This document shows, one piece after another, positions 15,201 to 30,400 of a DNA stretch of 64,000 bases. Source of the DNA: Antedon mediterranea. Lineage: Eukaryota > Animalia > Echinodermata. The notes beneath the pieces were generated by a model. That model saw nothing but the letters and a program-made list of their open reading frames with translations, did no database searches and had not been told where the DNA came from. The stretch is taken from the NCBI RefSeq assembly GCF_964355755.1, contig NC_092678.1, forward strand, positions 21,841,365 through 21,905,364. The letters run 5' to 3'. Position 1 is the first letter of the stretch, and the number at the start of each line of letters is the position of its first letter. Position numbers and translations under genes: made by a program.

Positions 15201-18200
15201 ACAAGCTTAGGCTTGCCAAATATGTTTGGTTTTCAAGAATTTCTCATATTCTAAATGTATTTTAATGGTAGAAAGAATGTGGTGGAACATTTAGGACTCC
15301 AAGAAAGGTCTGATTTTGGGAGAGTTAGGTTTGGGAGCGAGTCAACAGCATTATTTTCTTCTTACCTTTAGCATAACTGGTCTATCTTCCTCTTTATCAA
15401 ATGGAATAGCTGTACTATGTACCCATGTATTTGAGCACAGATGACGTAACCGAACATATGAATTCCTGTAAATAATGGACAAATTGTGAAACTTATTGGG
15501 AGGATTCTCCCAACACAGACATCGCAGTTACAAAAACAAACATAAAAATATACTGTAGTATTAAACAAAAAACACATTACAACATAGTCCTTGATTGAAT
15601 TCAGAAACACATAATCCAAAAAAGACAATTCACAAGTAGGGAATGATTTAAAAAATACCATGGCTATCAACCAATCAGATAGGTGAATAGAAAGTGCGGT
15701 ATATAAAGGTAAAAGGTCACCAGTACATTGTTTACCAAATAAAGTCATCTGCAACTCTCCTCAAACATTAATGATCAGCAATTAACTGAAATGTCAGCGA
15801 TAACATTCTCAACAACATATAGATTCTTCACATTACACAACATTTGCATATTTACCTTGGAACTAATGAATCCCCTCTTTGTAAAGTGGTAGGATCCAAT
15901 TCAAATATGGAAGCTATGTCATGCCCATGCTCAATAGGTTTCAGATAGCCAACGCGACTACTGCCTCTTAGTTTCTGCCTTGTTGGATCCGCCGCCACAT
16001 CATTATCATCCTACAATTGCAATAGTTAAGATTATTATTTAATCTAATTTAGATCCCAGTAACAAATGTTTTTTTCCTGTTTATTTATTCTGGTATAAAA
16101 CACATATTGCAGTTACAAGTTGGCAGCCAAAGCTGAAATGAGTTACATTACAAAAAAACAATAACAATTGCTAAAATCTGATATAAAACAAATTGTGTGG
16201 TACTATAATATATCCAACTATTACACCATTTTGTTTAAATTATAAAATTGTTTATCTACTCTACATTCATTTTTTTAAATCTTTATATGTGTCTTTAAAA
16301 AATGAATGAACTATACCATATTTGGCCTCTTTGCATTAATTTGATGTCAATTGTCATAATTAATGTATTTACCTCAGCAGCCAAGTACATATCGCTGGCC
16401 AGATGCTTGAACCTGAACAAACTATTCCAGTGGCCAGCACCAGCCCTGCACGGATCATGTTGAACAACCTGCAATAGGTAGACAGACATAAGTAGTAGCA
16501 TGGTCAGGTACTGTATGAGTCTACACTAGCAAACTTTACAAAAATGTTGTTTGGAAACATAGAGTTTGCCCATAATATTGACAAATTGCAAGGGTGCAGT
16601 TTGCCAAAATTTGTCAACTCAGGCAAACTTTGGGAAACCTTTCTTGGCAAATTCAGGAGTTTTGCTCTAGTTTGTAATCAGAAAGGCTTAAATTGCACAG
16701 ACACAGCAACTCTTCCACATCTAATATTAATCATACCATTATATTACATAGCCTATGTAAATACGTGAACGTGATTGGTTGAAACTGCGTCACACGACTA
16801 CCGCTGCGAGGATCGTAAATCGTATATATCCTCGAGAACGATGATATTGACTGAGTAATTTTCGCGTAATTATCGTGTCCCCTGTCATTAATCATATAAA
16901 TTCTTGAGTTCGATGATATTGACTGTGTAATTTTCGTGTGCAACACTCGCGTTTGCCGATAAATAAACAAAAGTCATCTACTGGATCTTGAACTCAGGAT
17001 GGAATTGTCACTCCATCACAAGACAACGCTTCAACCACTGCGCCACGGAACTTGCTTAAGAAATTAATCTTTTAAACTATTTAAGCTATGCATACATAGC
17101 GCCCTCATTTGTTATTAGTTCTCCCTAAATGTGATGAAACACCGTTTGTGATTGGTCAAAACTCACGGTAGTAACTTACTGTAGTAACTAGTACGCGCTG
17201 AACATCCGGCGATTCGGCTCCTCGAAGAGAAGAAGACGAATTGTTTATTCGGCCTACCTGATTATAATATTATTATTAATAGGCTTATTGATGGAAATTC
17301 TTCTGTTAATTTAAACGATCTAGGAGGCCTAAGTGAATATTTTATTGCCAAGGAATCATTAATTAGTAATTATCTGTATATTATTCTTCGCAAGGTAAGG
17401 TGTCTAGGCAGGTTTGTTTACATACAATACAAATACTATAGGAGGCCTAGCCTAGCTTCACCCAACCCAGCAGACTTGTTCTTGGCTATATAATATATAT
17501 AATATATATATATATATATTCTCTCGAACTTAATATCATTCCCTCGGGGAGGTCAAATCTTATATTTAACCTCTAAGCAGTCAATATCTGTATAATGTAT
17601 GTTTAAATTATATGTATTTTAAAATTTTATATTACGTTTTTTTAAATCTTTTGTAAGATCTTTTTTTCTTGGCTAAATAAATGTGAACTTGAGTATTAAA
17701 GTGCTTTACCTCAACTTCCCACAATGCCTTGGAACTCGTTGCAGCAGCGGCTGATGCTCTTGCTGTGGTTCTTAGAAATACATAATTGTCTTTCCTATAG
17801 TCATCTCCTGTTAAAAACTTCTCTTGTTCTGCATGAAACAACCTGACAACATCTCCCTATGAAAAATTGAAGTAAAAATCATTAATAATATAATGTGTTT
17901 GAGGTGTTATGTAGCAGTAGATGTTACTGGTCCATCATTTCTCGTATAAATAGGTTTTCAAAGCAGCTTTTTATTCAGCAGTCATTCCGGCACTGAATGC
18001 TTGTCAGTACACCATACAGGAGTATATGTGAAGCCTTGATTTGTCATTGTTTTTGTTAGTGCTTTATTTATCTGCTTATTTCAGAGCAAACACAATTTGT
18101 ATGTATATTTTATATGATGAATGAATTACAAAATACCGCAGATATGCTATCATAGATTTCTATTTGTTAAATCATCAATATTCTCCGTGGTTTAATGTAA

Positions 18201-21200
18201 CTGAGTGGTCACCAGTTCAAATCCTATCAGATCTATAATTGACATGGAATTACATTAGATAAAAGTGACCACATGATTGTATTTCATAAATTTTTATTTA
18301 CCCCTTTTAAAACATCATCCATATTTTCTCGATCTTCAAGAAATAGTGAAACTTTCCAACATGTGTTACAATTTACTGCGTTCACCTACAGAAAGAAAAT
18401 AAATGATTGAGAAAATTTAGAAAGATGATAAAATCAGCAATATTCAACAAATTGCCTCAAGTGAGATTCAAACTCTGACTCTTCTGCTTGATATTAGGCA
18501 CTTAACCATTATACCGCTATATGTATTATTGGCAAAACAACTTAATAATATGTTTTGCTCTCACCAAAATAACATTCAGTGTCAGAATCATTTGATAAAC
18601 AACTGTTTTATTGGTAAACGCAGCATTTTAATGATAGACGATTTCCTGCGGCTTCTAAACAAATTGATTTATTACACTAATTAAATGTTAAGACGTGTAA
18701 ATAGCTAGTATGTTTTAAAGTTGTACAAATTAAGGAATCTTACTGAAAATGTTATCATAATTTATGTTTACAGTAAATTTATTATTTAATATATGTGCCA
18801 GTAAAATTATAACAAATAAGATTTGTGTTGGGGCTTGTCTTAAATTGTTGAAAACAGATTTTATTATTATTGTTTTGGAATTATTTTAAATTTTAAAAGG
18901 ATTCCAATGGTTAAGGTAATAAGCTTTTTTGCCTATCCTGGAAAATATTTTACAAATGTTATTATTTGGAATGTCAGTAATTTCTGTTTATCATTTTAAT
19001 TTTTTATACAGTCAATTTTCCTAATAAATTCAAATCCAATCAGATATTGTCTAGATGTAAAACTTGATGCCCTGTATTGAGCCAATATTGAGCACTGGCC
19101 CGTAGCAGCTTTTACTAACTAAGGTATGGCTAGTTTTACAGTACAGCACATCAAGTCATACTTTTTGCAGTACATCTAATGTATTATTATTGCTGTACGT
19201 AGTTGAAATAAGGCCAAATCCACTTATTTATTAACTTCAATTTAATCCATTATGACTTTTTAATTTAGAAATGACTTATTGCTAGTTAATATAATACAAA
19301 AGCAGTTTATTGCATCTCATAAAAACAATACTACTGTATTTTGAATTATCTTGGGGTTCATTAAAACATTATTTATATATTTAATTATTTTAATCTGTGT
19401 AACATAGTACTATTAATGATCCAAGATTTAATTTGATTTCAGTTTCTTGAGAAACAAACGGCCAAATAATGTTTAATTCATTTCCAATTGAGAGTGTGCA
19501 ATGCTCCAACGTAATTAAAACTTGGATGACTGTATAGACAGAACCTGGGGTTATTGAGCAATATTAATATTGAACACATGTTATGGGCTTCTAGAGAGGC
19601 TAGGTGACCATAGGTTAAGTCTCAATATGTCAACATCTACAAAAGAATGAATGTTAACCGGGTTAAAGTAGTGTGAGCATGTTCCTTATTTTATACAGCT
19701 ACTGGGGTTCCCAAGAGATGTGGACCAGGTGATGTCTGAACATTTTATAATTGATTTAATTTTAAAAACATAAGCCAAACTGGGATTTAAGTAACTAACT
19801 GTATTATACAGTAACTGAAGTTCCAAAAGAAACATGTTGATTTTAAGTCTTAAGTTTGTTTTAATAACAAAGTGATATTGTAGTTACAATATTGTAATAA
19901 TTATTTGAAATGCCTAAACATTATTCAAAAACTGAATTTTGTGCAATAAACATTTCATAGTGTACCAATATTATCTATTATTATTATTATATTATCACCT
20001 TGGTTTCGATAGAGACCTAGTTTATCTAGTAGATATTTTAAGGTACTGTATGGAATTCAACAAGAAAACAGTTTCTCCATCAACTATATACTAGCACAAT
20101 ATTTAATGTTCTGGTTAAAACTGGTTGAAACTAGTTAAAACTGGTTGGTACTGTATATCGTCAATCTGTCACTCATCATTGAAAACTTTAAGGAGTGTGC
20201 TTACCTCTTTACATCCAGGGTTGTCTACGAGCTCTTGATTGCTGGCATGGAGAGGTTGACCAGCATTTACTGGATTTAGGATTACCTTGTCACCGACAAC
20301 CACCTAAAAATAAAGCAATCACACAAAATATGGAATGTTATGAAACACCTGTGGTTTCAACATATCATACCTTCTGGAACAATGTATAGTTTGTGGTCAT
20401 TTTTGTACCATTAAAGAGCATTTTAAGAGAGAAGAGTGCCATCTTAGGGATATTTCAGCAAGAGTGTCGTTTTAGGGATCTTTTATTCAAGGACAGACGG
20501 CCATCAAGCCCAAAGCCAGGGTCGAACCCCACCTTTCCAGTGCCCTTTTCAAACTCAGACCAGGATCAGCGAAAGTGATAGCAAAAAGGCCTACACTCAT
20601 GGCCATTTTCAATCCTTTAACCATCCAGCAGACAAATTACTTTCATCTACTACTAGACTAGGCCTAAATTTAATTTTCCGTAATAAATCTGGCTTACCCA
20701 TACCTATTTTATTGCAACTTACATTGTCGCCTAATGACCTTAGTTTGTAAAAAGGTTGAATATAAAACCAAGAGCCTTCGTTTCCAGAAGGGTCAAGGGT
20801 CACTCTCATAGCATTTTTCTCAAGCAAAGCTGGTAACCTCTTGTTTACTGTCATATACTTGTTGCTCTTCAAATGAAGAAGCTATAAAAAAAGGAGGAAA
20901 TGGTTGTAATGGTTATTTTTACTGTATTAAGCTGTGACAAAAAAATGTGATATGCCCATATATGGACATGATGATGTCATATCACTACCATATTTAAGCG
21001 TAGCACTACCGTATATGGGCATATCAAACTTTTTTGACACATAAAGTTTGATAGTGTAGACAAGGCTTTAAGCTCTGTCTACACCATCAAACTTTATGTA
21101 ACCAAAAAATGTGACGATGATGATGTCATATTACTGCCATATTTGGGCATAAACAAACAAGTTTGATAGTGTAGACACAGCTTAAGTCTAGCCAGGGAGT

Positions 21201-24200
21201 TGTTCCGCAAATCTCAATTATTTATGTTTTAACCTTTAAATGTGCTTACTTTAATTGTGTTAATTTGATTTTGATAATTTTAGGTTTAATTTTATATTTT
21301 CTTTTGTCCATTTATATACTGTATTTTGTTTACATTTATGTAGTTAAGAACTGAACCACTTTGGAAATCAGTACATTGTATTGAAAGTGTATTTCAGAAT
21401 AAAGAAAGATTAAATAAATAAATAAATAAGATATTTAAACATTTAAAAATCATACCTCAACATTAATACTAGTATCATAAAATCATCACTTATTATCATA
21501 TCATAATATAATTATCATTTATATCTTTATTGTTATCAACATTATCAATATTATCATAATAATTGATATCATCATTATCATAAATCATCAGTATTAGTTA
21601 CCTGAACCACTGTTCCATATTGAATACAGGATCCCATCAACTTTTTATTTTCGGTTTCATTTTGTTTCTTCTCAAGATCAGCAGCATGCTGAAAAATATG
21701 ATATAAATTTAATATAAAAAAAGTTCAAAACAAACATTTCTCTATGATTGTATCTTCAGGAAGAGAGGCCCCTAGGACAAGTATTGAAAAGGGGATTGAA
21801 TGCTGTGGATATACGTAACAGTATTAACATTTTTAGAGGTGGACTTCCAGAAACTTTTCTGAGCCCACAATCGTCACTCCCCTGGTCTCTTGATATACTC
21901 ATTGAAATATGTTTAACAATTATTTTCTTTTAACATTGATATTATATAAAATATTACAAACATATATTCTTTACCGCAATTGAGATATGTTGGCAATTAT
22001 AATCTTTCTTTACTTGAATTTCAGACTAGCATAGTTAAGGATTTGTAAGTTATGTGATGCGGATAAGTAGGATAAGTGGCATGAGAGCTGTTTAAATGCT
22101 TAGAGCTACAAGTCAGACAACATTTCAAGGAATTATAAGTATGCAATAAATATATCTTCCATATCAATTTTCAATATTATATTTAAAAGAACCATTTTTT
22201 AAAGATTATATTGTCCCCCTGAAAAAATGTTTAGAAAACAATGTTTCCCAATCCATTTACAATTTAATGTCACATACTGTCAATGAACTTAATTATTCCT
22301 GAATAAAAACAAAATAAACAAAAAAATAGTAACATTTTCTATAGTGTCAGTGTCAGACATACTTGAGACTTTTTAGTTATTTGTCATTTTATAAAGGGAA
22401 ATCATTATTTTTGGGTTTCTTCCTCGATGAAAGCAAATAAAACTGTAAAATGGCCTATTCAAAGTCTGATTTTATTATTTTTCATTTGTCATGTTTTTGT
22501 GAGACAATATCTTTAAATTTTGCTCTTTTAAAGATGTATTGTCCCTCAAAACAAGAATAAACCTTTGATTGATTGAATTAAATTGCATGACTTGTTGTGG
22601 CAGTTTGAGTACCAGATATATTTAACAATTTTCAGTGATATTTATTACAACCCTGTAAAATCTTAGAATAATAATAACAGTTTAGGGTGTGATTTGGTAT
22701 TACGTTTTATTACTATAAAATTTCCTCAAACAGGTCTGTTGTGATTGGCCAGTTGAATACCAGGGGAGTTTAACAAGTCAACAACTGTAACATGCTGTTG
22801 TGTTTTTCTTGGGAGATTTCATAGAACTACAGTATATTTGGCCTTTACTGGTACTATGGATTGTTACTGACCTATGACCTAATCTTCAGACATATAAATT
22901 CTTGTTATCCGCAGATCAAGTATTACTATTAACAAGAAGATTTAGAAACATTTAATATATCACATCACCTATATCATTATAATTATCGTTTGAAGGTTTG
23001 CATAGCGAAATCAAATGTTGATATAAAGTTTGCGGTACACCACGTATATTAGTTCTGAAAACAACTGTTGAGTTTCTTGACGTTTCGATCAATATGCTTT
23101 GATCGTCCTCAGGAGTGAGCATCCAATATATGGAATATAAGTGGAAAGGGTGGGACTGGTGTGAAAGCCAGAAACAATGGCAAGTTCACACAGTGGAGGG
23201 ATTGAAACTAGCTAATAGCAGAGCTATTTCATGAACAACAGTGAATGGAAACTTGCTAATGAAGAGCATTGTTTCCGATAGGTCTGAAAATATACGTGGT
23301 GTACCGCAAACTTTATATCAACATTATAATTATAATAATAGATATTTTCATGTTTTACTATGCTATGTTATTTTTGTAATAACTTGAGTGCACTTGGGTC
23401 TATTTCTGCTACAAATAAACGATATAAATATAATTTTCAGACCGACCATATTTCTGCTAAATGTTTTCAACCGGTGCTTTCATGCTGCCATTAACCGGTT
23501 ATTGACAATTTGTCCTGTTTCTGTTGCAAAGGATATATTTTTCCTTCAGTAATTATATAATAAAGTAAATGCACTCTAAATTCTAATCAGTTTTTAAGAT
23601 TAATAATTCATATGACGAATTGATTTCCTTTCTGCAGACTTCCATAAAAAATGTCCTGAATTTTGAATCCAATTTTGAATAAAGATCAATGCTAATCATT
23701 TTAATAACTCAGAAAATGAACCTATTGAAGGGATAACCTAGATTATATAATGACAGACAAGTGAAGATTATTACTAATGGCGTGGAGTAGTAAACAAACA
23801 TTCTAAGCCAATATGCATGCAAAAACTTTATTACAATCAATAACTCAACTCTACCAAATGTCACTGTGAAGATATTTATTATATATAATGAATCTTATTC
23901 ATTTCAAAGTCTCAAGCCATCTTTCATATTATAAATATTAACAACTATATTTTAATCTCTGTCTACACTCTATCAAACTAGTGTGATATGCCCAAACATG
24001 ATAGTGATATGCACAAATATGGTACTGATATGACATCACCATATCCATATATGGGCACATCACATTTTTGTCACATAAGGTTTGATAGTGTAGACAGAGC
24101 TTTCAGATTCTTTGATTTTGGAAATTTAAAATTTTTTCTCATGTGTATGGTAATATTTTTGTATGCTATGTAAAATTAATGATGATGAGTGTACGAGGTA

Positions 24201-24399
24201 TTAATAATAAACTTTAGACTGGCTAAAATATTATATCTACTGTAGGCTCGCCACTCAGCTCAAATATTTTTTATCTATGCATGTGGTAGAACTTGGGGGT
24301 ACAGTAGGAGAATTGAAGGTGGGAGTTTGTTCTTTTGGAAAAATATTATTTATACTTTTTAGGGAGAATGTTTCCCATGTTTGTTCTCAATACGTTTTA

Positions 24400-24430
<31 letters not shown>

Positions 24431-27400
24431 GGTGACTCAATCTTCAAAGCAATTATTCAGTTTCACCATTAACAATTCTAATCTCTGTCTACACTATCAA
24501 ACTTTATGTGATGTGCCCATATGGACATGATGATGTCATATCACTACAATATTTGCGCATATCAATTGAACCCCATATTTTGGCATATTACTACCATATT
24601 TGGGCATATCACTACCAAATTTGGGCAAATCGCACCTAGTTTGTAGTGATAGAGTTTTACACTGGTACCTATAGACAGTCATATGATATTACAAACACAT
24701 TTTCCTGAAATAAATAATATTTAAAGTTTGTTTCAATTTAGAAGTTTATGGGGCAGTTATTGTGATAAACAATGTGTAGGTAGGATTAATGAAAAATTGT
24801 TTATTAATAATTGAATAAACAGGTTAAAGCCAAGTTACTGCAGTATCTGCAGTAGGGTAGTTTGACATGGTCCCTAAACACAGTACAATATTTTGAGTTA
24901 AAATGATATCAAGTTGAGATGTAGTTTGGTTTTATAGCCGTCTTGAATATGAATTAGCTCTACTGTCGTAATATATTTGAAATCGTCATTAGAGATTTCT
25001 GAATTTCTGACATGCAACAGCAGAGCATAAAATGTTCTTAAACTGAAATAGGAAGAAGGTTGATATTATTATAACATGCAGCAACATTTCATTTCCTTTC
25101 CTTTACTGCATCAAGTAAACAATCTCTTTCTAATTTTTTTGTTCCTCTTATGAGTGGTATAATATCGGGAAAAAGTGTTTTTTTAACTTCTGAAGGGAAT
25201 GCCTTTTGGAATGATGTTGTAACAGCCTGGAATAATCTGAATCAAAGTAATTACCCAGAAACAAATATAGATATCCCAAGAATATTTTTGTGGGGAAATA
25301 ACGAAATAAAAGTTGCCAATAGGCCAGTTTAAAAAAAAAAATTGGTATGAAAGGGGAATAGTTTATATCAACGATGTATTACGTTCATAAAAAAAATTCT
25401 TTTATGTCATGGGAACATTTCAAAAAACATTATAATATTCAATGTAATTTTTTATAGTACCAAGGTATGTTTAATTCAATAAAACATAGTTACAATATAA
25501 GTAATTTGACTAAACTGCAAACACCAATAATTTCTTTTCACTTAGATATTTTTATTAAAAATCCAACTGGGTGTGAAGCTTTAAACAAATTTAAAGAAAA
25601 TGTTTTTGTCAGACCGAAAAGTATGAGAAAATGGGAAGAAAAAATTAATGTCAATAAAACTGATGAGGAACTGAAACAAATGTACAAACTTCCTTTTAAA
25701 TGTGTCAGACAAACAAACCTACAATGGTTCCAATATAGAATAAATAATAGAATAATTGCAACAAATGTTTTTTTGACAAGAATTGGTATTCGACAAAATG
25801 AAGTATGTACTTTCTGTGACAATGTACCTGAAACACTTCCTCATCTGTTTGTAAGCTGCAAATATGTAAAACCACTATGGTCAAATATAGAACGAAATAT
25901 TAGTATTTCCTTTAAAAAAATAACTTTTACAATTGATTCGATTTTGTTTGGAGATATTTCACAATGTTTTTCTGTTAATACAATTATTATTCTTACAAAG
26001 TATTTAATTTATAAATGTAGAATTGGTAAAACTCTGCCATGTATTAAGGCTTTAAATATTTATTTACGAAATTATTTAATGATGTTAAGGTACAGTATAT
26101 TGCAAGGCAAAATGGAGAATCAAATGATTTTGAGAAACAATGGGTAGACTTTATTAATTTATTGTAATATTAATCTTTTTTACTGATGTTATAGACACGT
26201 CTTTTAGTTTATTTTTTCCTTTTTTTTTTTTGTTTTCCCTCTGTATGAAATATGAATAAATAATTTAAAAAAAAGAAAAAAAAAGTAAACAATGATGAAG
26301 TTAACTATTCATAAAAATTAACAAAGACCAAATATACACAGTGTATAACAAAAACAATGAAGTTACTAAAGAAAAACAAAAAAGAACAATAGCGTTTAAG
26401 GAGTATCATATGTACTCAAATAATATCTCAATCAGAATTTTGTGTGAAAAAATAGGAGAATTATTATGGTAAAATTATTTCATAATCATATCATTATTAG
26501 CACCACATACTGTCTACAAAAAGATAATGTGGAATGATTTATTGGTGGGATTTAAAAGGTGTTTGTCTTAAAGTATATGTGATTACAATGCGACACATAT
26601 TCACATGATCAAACAGCATAACAAATCAATTCATATATTACACAAACCAACAGTGGTGTTGGTAGTCTATGAGTGCTAGCTTACCTGGATAAACCGACAA
26701 TAGCCTTTCTCCTTGAAAAGCGAGATATACCTCGAAAAGTAGAAATTTTCATTGAACACCCCTCTCCACAAATGGTACAGTCCATGAACCATGCCCTTAA
26801 GTGGGAGCCTCCCCACAAACCACCACTTTTCAAGGTATATCTCGCTCTCCTTGAGGAGAAAGGCTATTGTCGGTTTATCCAGGTAAGTTAGGCACGAAAT
26901 AGACTACAGTATGTACTGTAATCAATGCATGCTGTTATCAATGTACTGTAGTCAATAATCAAGTCTTTCGGGCTAGTTAATCTATGTTCATTGAGCCCAA
27001 GAAGTGGGCTACTGTACAGGAAAATGATTTTTCCACCCCGTCAGGAGAGAAAGTACAAAAGGTTAAGCGAAATTATTACAGTCTAAAGGCTATTGTCGGT
27101 TTATCCAGGTAAGCTAGGCACTAAACATAACTAACATTGCAATGTAAGGATTGTAATGCCATCGTGTGACACTGACAGCAATAATTGTAGATATTTCGAG
27201 ATTAATTATACTGTATCATCATCAGAAGTATTTTCATGTTTGAAGTAGTGGACCTTTGGATTAATGTACTGTAGATAAATTCAAGTACTCTTTTATATTT
27301 TTATGCGAGATAAATCACGAAATCATTACAGAATATTTCAAGTGTACATGTCTAAGTATCAGTCGTGATAACATTAATAAATAATTTATTTTTCCTTTAT

Positions 27401-30400
27401 GCTTTTAAGTCAATCATTTGGTAATTATACTTATAGTCTATTGGTTTGTACATGTACTTTTTGTATAGTACATTTGCCTATGCAGCAACATTAATTTTGT
27501 TTTCAATTTCTCTTTTGTTTTTGTATACTGTACTATTGGCCAGTGACCGTATTCACCATTCACACTTACAATAGGTAAACACTAAGTTAAATATTTGCCC
27601 TTAAATAAAAAGAACATCATTTAAAGGAAATAAATAAAGTATTTATTGAGTTAAGTGAAATACTTCATAATAATATTAGGGAAAAATCTCACTTAAGTGT
27701 GATTGATGGCTACTGATCTTGCCCAACCTTGATGCACTGTAAATTGGGTATACTTTCTCTCAGGTTGTATAATGACTGGCTATGTATGTTCCTGCGCTAG
27801 CCTATACTGAGTATTCTTTAGTTCATTGACCCAAAAAAAAATGAACTTTGTAAGTTAATGACCACTACCTATCACCACACCTTAGTAGTGCAGTGTTTTA
27901 GACCAATAACCTATTACCAATATTTGCCCACTACCTAAAGTACCACTACGTATCACCACACCTTAGCAGTGCAGTGTTTTAGACCAATAACCTACTACCA
28001 ATATTTGCCCACTACCTATGTAAAGTACTGAATACCATGACTTGAAATGCGACTGATATTAATAAACATATAATGTCAAGAACAGGTACACTACTGTTAA
28101 TGTTATGTCTAAAGGCTATCTTAAACACAACCTAACTTAAAGCAACTACTGTAGTTGAGCAAGAGCGCTTACAGTATGTCGACTTTGAGCAACTGAATTG
28201 AACTACCGTACAGTAGATGTGCGAGCGCTTATACATGGGCAACTGAAAGCAAGGAAATCTAACAACAGGACACTGAGCTCGCCTTGCCAAGATAGGAACT
28301 CGTAACAGTCTTTTGATCTTATGTCTGGCTGCAAGAAATACCAACACTACTGTACTATGTACATATTCTCTTTGGTAAATAATGTAATATTCTTGTGTTG
28401 AGGGGTGTGGACTACTGTAGATCAAGTCGCAGCCACAGATAAATCCTTTGATCTCCGGAGCTCAGCATCCTGTTGTTAGATTGCCTTGCTGAAAGGAACT
28501 AAGCATTATGTGTTGACATTTTTTATGTGCCTGTCAGTTGCGGTCAGTTACGTCAAGTTGCTTGTTGTAGCTCTTAATGTCGACACAGTTGAGTTAAGTT
28601 CCGTGTCGACATACAGTAAGCGCACCTTAATTACTACTGAATAAAAATGCATCATGCTGTCGTCCATTAGACGAGCAAAAAAAAAAAGTGGTAATCTGTG
28701 TTCATTCAGCGATGATGGTAATTATTAAATTATCATTTCCTTTCTAACAAATATGGATTGTATGACATACTGTAGCAGGACTTGTCTTTTGAAAATCATA
28801 GGTGTGCTACAAATTGTAGATGTGCTGTTTGTATTTTCATGTGTAGAAGTTTACCAAATTAAGGCATGTTTTAAATCGCACTCCTCAAAGGCAGTTCAGG
28901 AGTGTGTTAGGTGAGTGATCGCACTCACCCGCCTTAAAAGACAAGGCCTTACATAGTACAAAAATAGATATATAGTAGTCAAGACTATTATTAATCTTCT
29001 GTTTTCTGTTTATAATAAAGTATAATGTATTGAAAACAATAATATGAGTCTTCTTTGTGTTACTTTTACTACATTTTTTCTGGATAAAATTATTTATATA
29101 GTAGAATAGTATACAAATAATGAATGTTTATGAGTGCAATGGTACAAATAATGGCACGAAGTGAATGATGAAAGGTTATATCAACGAGGCAAAGCCGAGT
29201 TGATATAACCTTTCATCATTCACCAAGTGCCATTATTTGTACCATTACACGAATACAAAACATTCATTATTTGTTTTATATAACATCTAGACGTTTTTTT
29301 TTCGTACACAAAAAGTACTATTTAACGATCGTTGAATAGTGCGTACTATTGCACGCCATGTGACCCACATTCGTCCAATCAAATGACAGGAATTTATATA
29401 GGTGTTATATAATAAGCTATATACTACTACTGTCAATTACATAGTTTACAGTACTAGCTCTCATACTATACTGTACTAATGAATAAGTAGTACTGTAGGG
29501 AGACAAACAAAACTGACCTTGTAAAAAATATTATACTGCTGTTACTGCAGTAAATCCATTTTTGTTTTTGCAATTACTGTATCTAGTTTTGTTGAGCATA
29601 GAGTACACACTGTTTATTGCAGTAAATTTGTTCAAGTAAAATGTAGTTATAATTGTCGGTAACTGCAGTAACTGCAGTACAGTACAGTAAAATAATTTTG
29701 GATTTCCTGCATTACAGTTACTACTAACTGCTACTATTACTAATGCACCATTTAAAAATATCACATACTGTGATAAGTGTGTGTATTTGATTTTAAATGA
29801 CATAATATTGATTGGTACTGTACGTCATTCAACTGGTTTTAATATGAAATCTCATTTACTGAAGTGAAACCTACATGTTTATCGAATGAATGGTGCTCAG
29901 TGGAGTAATGAAAATTTAAGAGATTGTTCGACGCGTTCATCCCATTATGATTGTAATGCAATATTTTATTAAGTTTAGGATTTCAATTCATATTCAGGCC
30001 AATTAATTCTAAATCAAAACTGACTCGGTAGTGATAATTTATTATTACAGAAAAGGACTGGATTTACTGCATCAACCTCTTCCAACCAACCCTTTCCTCA
30101 ATCCACTACAGGGACAGACATGGTCATATAGAAATTTATATGTAATTGCTAAGCACAAATGCCGCAATATAAGCGCAAATGCTACATTATAATAAGTGCA
30201 AATGCTGTGCCAATAAAATAAGCACAAATGCTTCAATATTAAGCACAAATGCCACAATATACTGTAGTCCTAAGTGCAAATGCCACAATATTCTGTAGTC
30301 CTAAGCACAAATGCCATAATATTCTGTAGTTCTAAGCACAAATGCCACAATATTCTGTAGTCCTAAGCACAAATGCCATAATATTCTGTAGTCCTAAGCA

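Noticed and set aside
16011-16372. Equivalent of the vertebrate ITPR1 SI exon
   Set aside because: No phase 0-0 open exon with credible splice sites was seen in this intron.
16975-17050. tRNA-like sequences (also about 18460-18520 and 43316-43380)
   Set aside because: A/B-box remnants without a pairable cloverleaf; SINE heads or pseudogenes, not functional tRNAs.
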